Origin: an uncultured bacterium
GTDB lineage: Bacteria; T1Sed10-126
Length of the DNA stretch: 12,337 nt
NCBI GenBank assembly: GCA_964566495.1
Contig: CAZMIT010000044.1
Coordinates: 1-12,337, forward strand
Direction of reading: 5' to 3'
The position numbers and the translations under genes are program-made. Below, in pieces: positions 1-6,191 of this stretch. How positions within the stretch are numbered: position 1 is the stretch's first letter; each line of letters opens with the position of its first letter. The notes below the pieces were generated by a model. That model did not search any database. It saw nothing but the letters and a program-made list of their open reading frames with translations, and was not told the origin of the DNA.

Positions 1-77
1 ATTACGTTAGCGGCATCGTTAGCCCCAATGTTCCAGCCCAGGTAACCACCGAAAAGTGTCTTAAGTAGATTGAACAT
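1..77 (-). CDS. pit: PiT-family inorganic phosphate transporter, 5' end only (runs off the window start)
   Basis: Not in the ORF track. ATG at 77 lies 2 nt after the DUF47 stop and reads MFNLLKTLFGGYLGWNIGANDAANV, containing the PiT signature GANDxAN. DUF47 plus PiT is a well-known gene pair. Confidence 0.9.
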   Translation of the reverse strand, partial: MFNLLKTLFGGYLGWNIGANDAANV

Positions 78-79
78 AA

Positions 80-727
80 CTAAAGAATCTCTTTTGTAAG
101 TAAGATAAGGACACGATCAGAAACATCTTCCACAGCATCGGCAATCGAGCCAATTTCAACTATAAGGTGACGCAGATGCATTTTCTGGGCCAGGGGAAGT
201 TCATCCAGCTTGTAGAGGTCGGAAATAAGATGCCACTCGGCCCGATCTGAACGCTGTTCTCCCGCTTCAATACGATCTATGTATTCACTAACCTGGGAGT
301 GATCACTTTTATTTTTAAGACGAATCAATTTAGCAAACGGACTGAACGTAACCTTAACTTCTCGCACGAGATCACGAAAATCGTCACGTAAAGCCGGGGG
401 AACGTAAGGTTGCTCCTGGACCATAATATCAGCACAACGCTGGGCCTGGTCAGCAATTTTATCGGTCAGTTCAGCGACTATTATATAATCTTCTCGAACT
501 ACGGGCAAAAACGAACCGCGATAAATACAACGTTCTACCTCGCGTCTTATTTCATCGGCCTGATGTTCGGAATCATGGACGTCATGAATCATCTCGCGAT
601 AATCAGGATCGTCTTTAATATAGGCAAACGCCAACTTGCGAAACAGATCCAGGGTTTCCTCTATCTCGTTAACATGGTCATTCATAAACTCCGAGGTTTT
701 CTTTTCGTCGCGGCTGAAAAATCTCAC
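80..727 (-). CDS. DUF47 / PhoU-like phosphate transport regulator (TIGR00153-like)
   Basis: 215-aa helical protein with two repeated halves (EHQADEIRREV...FLPVVRED...DKIAD and EQRSDRAE...IGSIADAVEDVSD). GTG start with AGGAGG upstream. Directly precedes pit. Confidence 0.88.
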   Translation of the reverse strand: MRFFSRDEKKTSEFMNDHVNEIEETLDLFRKLAFAYIKDDPDYREMIHDVHDSEHQADEIRREVERCIYRGSFLPVVREDYIIVAELTDKIADQAQRCADIMVQEQPYVPPALRDDFRDLVREVKVTFSPFAKLIRLKNKSDHSQVSEYIDRIEAGEQRSDRAEWHLISDLYKLDELPLAQKMHLRHLIVEIGSIADAVEDVSDRVLILLTKEIL

Positions 728-760
728 TTTTATGCCTCCTATCCGAAAGTAAGGGGTAAA

Positions 761-789
761 AGAATAAAAATTTTCTCTGGATTTTGCAA
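761..789 (-). promoter_or_regulatory. Putative sigma70 promoter for DUF47-pit
   Basis: Minus strand TTGCAA (789-784), 17-nt spacer, TATTCT (766-761), about 35 nt upstream of the GTG start. Confidence 0.6.
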
Positions 790-848
790 TGAAAACCTGT
801 TAGTTGCGGGATAAAAGTTAAGATCGTCAAATTTTAAAGTTCGTTTTT

Positions 849-912
849 AGTTTCCAGTTTCCAGTTTAAAGTTAAAACAATAAACCTTGTTGCGGGTTGC
901 GGGTTGCGGGTT
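849..912. repeat. Two short heptamer tandem repeats
   Basis: (AGTTTCC)2AGTTT at 849-867 and (GTTGCGG)3GTT at 889-912. An isolated GTTGCGGG also occurs at 803-810. Confidence 0.8.
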
Positions 913-945
913 AACATCTTAAATCGTAAAACCATTTATACATCA

Positions 946-1058
946 GGACACAGATTAACACGGATAAGCACGGATATTTTTTACAAAGTATCAAGATCTC
1001 TTTTGCTTTTTAAAACAGTTGTCTGTTTATCTGTAATTATCTGTGTTCATCCGTGTCC
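946..1058. repeat. Inverted pair of ~10-bp tandem repeat arrays (CAC[A/G]GAT units), MITE-like
   Basis: GGACACAGATTAACACGGATAAGCACGGATA (946-976) and TATCTGTAATTATCTGTGTTCATCCGTGTCC (1028-1058) are reverse complements at 25/31 positions around a 51-nt AT-rich spacer. Confidence 0.8.
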
Positions 1059-1074
1059 ACAGACCAGTGAAAAT

Positions 1075-1102
1075 GGATTCTGGTTTGGGGGGCGGAATGA
1101 CG
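1075..1102 (-). repeat. Degenerate CGTC-type REP-like palindrome
   Basis: Minus strand reads CGTCATTCCGCCCCCCAAACCAGAATCC, with the same CGTCATT...AATCC ends as the elements at 8797-8890. Confidence 0.55.
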
Positions 1103-1117
1103 TCAAATTCGACATAA

Positions 1118-1609
1118 TTACCACAGGTGATATTTTACAATAGTGAGTAAAATAGCCGATATAAGACCGGCGGCCAGATCATCGGCGACAATACCTAAGG
1201 CGCCGGGGAGTCGCTGTGTATGATGAATTGGTGGCGGTTTAAGGGCATCAAAAAAACGAAAAAATAAAAATCCAAGTGCGTATGCGAGGGGACTGAGCCG
1301 ATTAAAAATAAAAAGGGGGGGGAGGAAGACAAGCCAGAGTCCAACCAGCTCATCAATAACCACTGGCGCCGGATCCGATTCAGCAAAATGATGGGCGCCA
1401 AATGAAGAGAGTGGGAAGGAAACCAGCAGAAGGGTAAGAAAGACGAGACTCAAAAAGGTGGGGGTGAAGAAAAACTCGAGCAAAATAAAGAGTGCAAGAG
1501 CGCCCAGACTGCCCCAGGTTCCGGGAGCGAGCGGAAAAAAGCCAAGTCCAAGAAGAGTAACAAGGCTCAGTTTTAGATGTTTTAAAGCAACAGAAAAGTA
1601 AAAACTCAT
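1118..1609 (-). CDS. pgpA: Phosphatidylglycerophosphatase A
   Basis: Motifs GLGFFPLAPGTWGSL, DPAPVVIDELVG, FRFFDALKPPPI and GIVADDLAAG. Follows pgsA. Start placed at ATG 1609 because the longer TTG start (1681) runs through a palindromic repeat. Confidence 0.92.
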   Translation of the reverse strand: MSFYFSVALKHLKLSLVTLLGLGFFPLAPGTWGSLGALALFILLEFFFTPTFLSLVFLTLLLVSFPLSSFGAHHFAESDPAPVVIDELVGLWLVFLPPLFIFNRLSPLAYALGFLFFRFFDALKPPPIHHTQRLPGALGIVADDLAAGLISAILLTIVKYHLW

Positions 1610-1610
1610 T

Positions 1611-1694
1611 GTAACTGCTCGCCTACCCCGGACTTGATCCGGGGGAGAGGGGGTAAATAGGTTGATGGAAAAAAGAGGCAAGATAAGCAGTTAC
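1611..1694. repeat. 84-bp element: 9-bp terminal inverted repeat enclosing a GC hairpin
   Basis: GTAACTGCT (1611-1619) and AGCAGTTAC (1686-1694) form a perfect IR. The internal hairpin is CCCCGGA-CTTGA-TCCGGGG (1626-1644). Confidence 0.65.
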
Positions 1695-1697
1695 GAC

Positions 1698-2279
1698 TCA
1701 TTTATCGCTATCCATGCACTGCGAGAAAATCTCCCAGTTGTTGTAGTAGTATTCAAAACCGCTGTAGACGGTAAGAATTAGAATTAAAAACATGACCGTC
1801 CAGGAGACACCATTAAGCCAATAAATTGTCACCAGGTTAAGCCGATAAAATATTAATCCAAGCAGGATAAGAAAAATACCAGCGATCTGAACGGCAGTCT
1901 TGTATTTTCCCGAAGAAGCGGCGGCCAGGACTTTTTCGCGCACGGCAGCCAGAGTTCGCAGGGTGTTAACCGAAAGCTCACGCACAATAAGGATAACAAC
2001 CAACCAGGCCGGCCAGGCCAGCTCGGGGATACGGATAAAATAAACAAAAGCAACAATCGTAATAACCTTGTCAGCCAGAGGGTCCATCAGCCGGCCAAAA
2101 TCTGTTTCAAGATCATAGCGGCGAGCAATTATGCCATCATAAAGATCTGTTAATCCCGCTCCCACAAAGAGCAGAAGCCCCACAAACAACCACTCAACTA
2201 CCTGGTAATTAAGTAAAGCGCAGAGAAATGCGGCGGCAATAAGAAATCGTAAAACTGTCAGGCGGTTAGGTAAATTCAC
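1698..2279 (-). CDS. pgsA: CDP-diacylglycerol--glycerol-3-phosphate 3-phosphatidyltransferase
   Basis: MNLPNRLTVLR N-terminus, CDP-alcohol phosphotransferase motif DLYDGIIARRYDLETDFGRLMDPLADK, and GKYKTAVQ. GTGA overlap with the rodZ stop. Confidence 0.95.
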   Translation of the reverse strand: MNLPNRLTVLRFLIAAAFLCALLNYQVVEWLFVGLLLFVGAGLTDLYDGIIARRYDLETDFGRLMDPLADKVITIVAFVYFIRIPELAWPAWLVVILIVRELSVNTLRTLAAVREKVLAAASSGKYKTAVQIAGIFLILLGLIFYRLNLVTIYWLNGVSWTVMFLILILTVYSGFEYYYNNWEIFSQCMDSDK

Positions 2280-3043
2280 GGCAAATCTGGTCTCCTCCCG
2301 ACGTCACGGACCAGAAGCTCACCGTCGTCAATAGTTATCACCTTGCTAACTACTTCGGCCTCCTCGCCCAGAGGCGGTAGCTGAATGCCGTCGTGATAGA
2401 GCCGGATACCGGCGGCGTTGCCAATATACATACGAATTGATTCTTCAGCTTCCCAGCTAACGATCTCGCCTGGCTGAAGCAACAACTCTCGTTTCCTCAG
2501 GCCATCAAAGGTGACGAATATCCAGGTTTCATCAACCGCCAACACATCGAGCTCAAGTTGTTCGGACTCGACTTGTTGATTGAGATGCATGTCGTTTTCT
2601 TCGGATTCCTCGGGTTCAGCTTCGACTCGCTCCAGAGCTTCTTTTAAGGGCTCTTCAGTTTCCTCAGCGACCGAATCACCGAGTCTCTCCTGCTGCACCT
2701 GCAGCCTGAACCCGAGCGAAACAAGCGTCAGGGAGACCAAAACCACAATTCCCGTCCAGAGAATTGAGGATATTCCGGAACTGAAACTGCCCTCTCCCTC
2801 ATCCGACTTCTTAAACTTCCGCCTGTACTGCTTAACAAGCGCTTCAGCGTCAAGGTCAAGCACCCGGGCATAATTTTTTATAAAACCAACCGTATATACC
2901 TCGGCCGGCATCTCTTCAAATTGTTCCTCTTCAAGTGCCTTGAGATATTTTTTACGGAGGTTAAGCTCTTCCGCCACCTCTTTTAACTCTAACCCCTTCT
3001 CTTCCCTTTTTTTGCGAAAGGAATCACCGAAAGAAGATGTCAC
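2276..3043 (-). CDS. rodZ: RodZ-like cell-shape protein (HTH, transmembrane segment, DUF4115)
   Basis: N-terminal HTH (GDSFRKKREEKGLELKEVAEEL...YLKALEE...YTVGFIKNYARVLDLD), one TM helix, and a C-terminal domain with ETWIFVTFDG and IGNAAGIRL. Typical position between ftsK and pgsA. Confidence 0.88.
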   Translation of the reverse strand: MTSSFGDSFRKKREEKGLELKEVAEELNLRKKYLKALEEEQFEEMPAEVYTVGFIKNYARVLDLDAEALVKQYRRKFKKSDEGEGSFSSGISSILWTGIVVLVSLTLVSLGFRLQVQQERLGDSVAEETEEPLKEALERVEAEPEESEENDMHLNQQVESEQLELDVLAVDETWIFVTFDGLRKRELLLQPGEIVSWEAEESIRMYIGNAAGIRLYHDGIQLPPLGEEAEVVSKVITIDDGELLVRDVGRRPDLP

Positions 3044-3714
3044 AACTCTTCCCCCACTAAAAAGCGGAGATCAAGTTCGGCCAGGGCCTGTTCAACCGGT
3101 TTGGGAAAGCGCAGGTCTTCTTCGTAGCTAACTATCTCCAGCCGATAATCACCGCTCTCCCCCGAGGCAAGGGAGAGCAGATAAAGTGGGCGAAGCTCAC
3201 TGCGGTCCAGCACAATTTCAGTTTTTTCAAATTCAAGTCTGGGATCGCCGTGATTTATTTGGACAAGAAGTGTATCGCCAAAATCAGTTGTTTCTACGTT
3301 TTCTTCGAGATGTTCCTCCGAAACAGCGGCGCCGATCAGACCAACAAGGGGAAAGAAATCGGCAATCAAACGACGGCGTTCGGCGGCCGTCATTTCTCCT
3401 TCTTCATAGCTATTGAGGTGAGGGTAATGGAGAGCATATTTTTTTTCGCTCAGCAGGACATACTGTTCCCGCTGCCCGGCGCCACGTAAGACCTGGAGGA
3501 ATTGTTCAGGATAGCGATAGGCAACAGTAAGGGCGGTAGTATCGGCGGGATTATTGACGGGATGCCCGACGGCCTGAAGGTAGACACTTCCCACCCGTCT
3601 AAACTTGACCTCAAGGCGGTTGGAAAGCTCCTCAGGCGTATAAGCCAGTGCCGCCGGTGAGAAGGTAATTAAAAGCGTGACTACAAGGCAAAGCAGAAAC
3701 CCAATTCGTTTAAT
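3040..3714 (-). CDS. Exported protein, probably LolA-like lipoprotein carrier (start uncertain: ATT 3714, or GTG 3774 / nearby TTGs)
   Basis: Signal peptide KRIGFLLCLVVTLLITFSPAALA. Beta-rich body with an RYP motif resembling the LolA 'kRP' motif. Lies immediately downstream of ftsK, as lolA commonly does. Confidence 0.55.
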   Translation of the reverse strand: MKRIGFLLCLVVTLLITFSPAALAYTPEELSNRLEVKFRRVGSVYLQAVGHPVNNPADTTALTVAYRYPEQFLQVLRGAGQREQYVLLSEKKYALHYPHLNSYEEGEMTAAERRRLIADFFPLVGLIGAAVSEEHLEENVETTDFGDTLLVQINHGDPRLEFEKTEIVLDRSELRPLYLLSLASGESGDYRLEIVSYEEDLRFPKPVEQALAELDLRFLVGEEL

Positions 3715-3715
3715 A

Positions 3716-6076
3716 CTACTCAGCCTCCTCAGCCTCGTTATCTGAGAAATATTCGTCAGGTTCAACAAGAACACGCCGCGCCTTACTTCCCCGGTGTGGT
3801 CCTACTATACCCTCTTCTGCCATCATGTCAACCATTCGAGCGGCCCGGTTATAACCGACCCGAAAACGACGCTGTATCATTGAGGCGGAAGCTTTTCCGG
3901 ATTTTACGACGAGTTCCTTAGCATCTTCGTAATATTCGTCGTCAAAATCTTCGTCTAACTCGCCCAGGGTTTCAGAACCAAATATTTCTTCTTCATCTAT
4001 ATAGCTGGGACGCAACTGTTCTTTAACAAAACGAATAATATCTTTAGTTTCATCGTCGGAAAGAAAGGCCCCTTGAGCCCGTTGGGGGTGGGGCGCCGCG
4101 GCGGAGAGGTAAAGCAGATCACCGTCGCCCAGTAGCGTTTCCGCCCCGTTTTGATCAATAACAACCCGACTGTCAGTACCGCTGGAGACACGGAAGGCAA
4201 CCCGGGCCGGCATGTTAGCTTTAATCAAACCAGTTATAACATCGGTAGACGGTCGCTGAGTAGCGAGAATTAAGTGTATACCAACAGCGCGAGCTTTCTG
4301 AGCAATCCGGGTTATTGACTGCTCACATTCCTTCTGATTAACCAGCATCAGATCGGCCAGCTCGTCGACAATAATGACAAGATAAGGTATCTTGTCTTCA
4401 TCGCTAACAGCTTCGTTGTAACTATCCAGGCTCCGACAACCGGCCTCCGAAAGAGCGGAATAGCGCCGTTCCATCTCCTCTACTGCCCACTGAAGGGCCT
4501 GATTTGCGTCATCGGGGTCATCAATAACTTCGGTGGCGAGATGAGGAAGATCGTCATACAGTTTCAACTCAACCCGTTTTGGATCAATAAGAATCATTTT
4601 TAATTCGTCGGGATTTAACTTGTAGAGCAAGCTACAGATAAGAGAGTTAATGCAGACACTCTTACCACTACCCGTCGCTCCAGCGATCAAAAGATGTGGC
4701 AGCTCCCCCAGGTCAACAACAAGTGGGGAACCAAAGACATCCAGCCCAAAAGCAAGTGGCAGAGTTTTCGAACCATTCTTAAACTCAGAGGCTTCAATAA
4801 CATCCCGTAACTTCACAAGCGCCCGGCGGGGGTTGGGGACCTCAATTCCAACCGCCGACTTGCCGGGGATCGGCGAGACAATACGAACTGATTGGACGGC
4901 CAGACTCAATTTTATATCGTCAGCCCGGCTCTGGAATTTATTGACGGAAACACCGGGGCCGGGCTCTACCTCATACATTGTTAAGACCGGGCCGGGATTG
5001 GCGCCAACTACTTCGGCCTCAAAACCAAACTCCTCGAAAGTGGCCTCAAGCTTGCGCGCTACCTCCTGCTGAGTTTTTTCGTCCGGGATTGCCTCTTCCA
5101 CATCACCAGGGGTTAACAAATCAAGAGATGGAAAGCGATAGTCGCTCATGTCAGCCTCGTCAACCCGCGGGCGCTCGCTCTCAACTTCTACCGCCTGCGA
5201 GCCGTTAGCCGCTTCCGGCCTCTCGGGCTCGGTGACGTCGGTTGAGGCCGACTGCTTCCGTTCGGTGAGTGAAACCACGTCAGCCTTCTCCGGTTCGGAA
5301 TTATCGGGCGTCGTTTTTTCTTGTTCCGGCGTTTCTTCTTTTCCCGACGTTTGCTTCTTCGCGCCAGCCGTCTCCGGCTCGTCCAGGCTCGATTGACTGG
5401 AAGAAGCCGAAGAAGTACTTCCGCTCTCCAGCCGGGGAGTTTCATCAAAAGGTAGCAGGTCAACTATATTCTCTTTCGCCTGCCCATGCAGCCGGCCAAG
5501 CCAGTCAAAGCAGAGTCCAAGGCCCGAGAGGAATAGGTTCCAGCCCCTGACAAGCAGACGCAGACCGCCGACAGTTAAATTCCAGGCTCCGGTAAAAGTG
5601 GCTCGGATTGAACTGGCTGTCTGCACAGAAGCACCGACAATGAAAAGAAAGGCATAAAAAAGCAAGGAACCCGCCTCACCCAGAAGGGGGCGAGAATAAT
5701 AGGTCAGGTAAAGACCGATAACTCCACCGTGAAGATCGTCGACAGTCCCCGCCAGGCTGAGCCCGCCGGTAAGGCTGGCAACCAGTAAAACCCACCCCAG
5801 GACAGAACCGGCCGTCAAATTAGCCGGCTGCTGGCGAATGAATTGCATTGCTCCAAGGGCAAGGATAGGGACAAGCAACCAGGCGGCCCAGCCCAAACCA
5901 GCATAAAAATAAAAGGCCAGGTAAGCGCCCAGTAAACCGCCCCAGTTGTTGACACTCTCGGCCGCCGTTGCCGGGGGGTCGAGGTGACTGAAGGTGGCCA
6001 GAGCGAGGAGCAAGAAAACAGCAACAAAGAGTAAAAAAAAGCCCAGAAGCTCCAACCAACGGTTGTTCTCAGCCAT
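3716..6076 (-). CDS. ftsK: DNA translocase FtsK/SpoIIIE
   Basis: N-terminal membrane domain (NWGGLLGAYLA), low-complexity linker, Walker A AGATGSGKS, IVDELADLM, GIHLILATQRPS, and gamma domain SMIQRRFRVGYNRAARMVD. Confidence 0.97.
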   Translation of the reverse strand: MAENNRWLELLGFFLLFVAVFLLLALATFSHLDPPATAAESVNNWGGLLGAYLAFYFYAGLGWAAWLLVPILALGAMQFIRQQPANLTAGSVLGWVLLVASLTGGLSLAGTVDDLHGGVIGLYLTYYSRPLLGEAGSLLFYAFLFIVGASVQTASSIRATFTGAWNLTVGGLRLLVRGWNLFLSGLGLCFDWLGRLHGQAKENIVDLLPFDETPRLESGSTSSASSSQSSLDEPETAGAKKQTSGKEETPEQEKTTPDNSEPEKADVVSLTERKQSASTDVTEPERPEAANGSQAVEVESERPRVDEADMSDYRFPSLDLLTPGDVEEAIPDEKTQQEVARKLEATFEEFGFEAEVVGANPGPVLTMYEVEPGPGVSVNKFQSRADDIKLSLAVQSVRIVSPIPGKSAVGIEVPNPRRALVKLRDVIEASEFKNGSKTLPLAFGLDVFGSPLVVDLGELPHLLIAGATGSGKSVCINSLICSLLYKLNPDELKMILIDPKRVELKLYDDLPHLATEVIDDPDDANQALQWAVEEMERRYSALSEAGCRSLDSYNEAVSDEDKIPYLVIIVDELADLMLVNQKECEQSITRIAQKARAVGIHLILATQRPSTDVITGLIKANMPARVAFRVSSGTDSRVVIDQNGAETLLGDGDLLYLSAAAPHPQRAQGAFLSDDETKDIIRFVKEQLRPSYIDEEEIFGSETLGELDEDFDDEYYEDAKELVVKSGKASASMIQRRFRVGYNRAARMVDMMAEEGIVGPHRGSKARRVLVEPDEYFSDNEAEEAE

Positions 6077-6100
6077 ATATAATCACCGGCAGGGGGTAAG

Positions 6101-6181
6101 TTAGAGCCTCTCCGAAAAGTCCCCTCTCCCCCGGGGGGAGATGGTTAGGCTGAGGGGAAAAGCTCTTCGGGGAGGGTTTAG
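6101..6181. repeat. ~80-bp nested palindromic element (BoxC-like core inside an imperfect terminal IR)
   Basis: Outer arms CCTCTCCGAAAAG (6107-6119) and CTCTTCGGGGAGG (6163-6175). Core CCCCTCTCCCCCGGGGGGAGATGGTTAGGCTGAGGGG (6121-6157). Confidence 0.65.
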
Positions 6182-6191
6182 TTAAGCAGCT

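Noticed and set aside
410..814. 134-aa plus-strand ORF
   Set aside because: Antisense to the DUF47 gene and its promoter, with no recognisable motif. Treated as a shadow ORF.
946..1058. Possible CRISPR array or Pho boxes
   Set aside because: Units are ~10 bp with no unique spacers, so not CRISPR. They do not match the CTGTCAT 11-bp-period Pho box and lie over 150 bp upstream of the predicted -35.
904..1143. 79-aa plus-strand ORF in the pgpA-DUF47 gap
   Set aside because: It is the translation of the tandem and inverted repeats (HRLTRISTD / SVIICVHPC), starts inside the heptamer array and has no RBS.
1610..1681. N-terminal extension of pgpA from TTG 1681
   Set aside because: Runs through the palindromic insert and is not PgpA-like. 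ATG 1609 is preferred, and the extension is kept only as a possibility in the findings.
5150..5450. Low-complexity Ser/Glu/Lys-rich stretch in ftsK as a possible insertion
   Set aside because: FtsK normally has a variable disordered linker at this position, and no repeat or element boundaries were seen.
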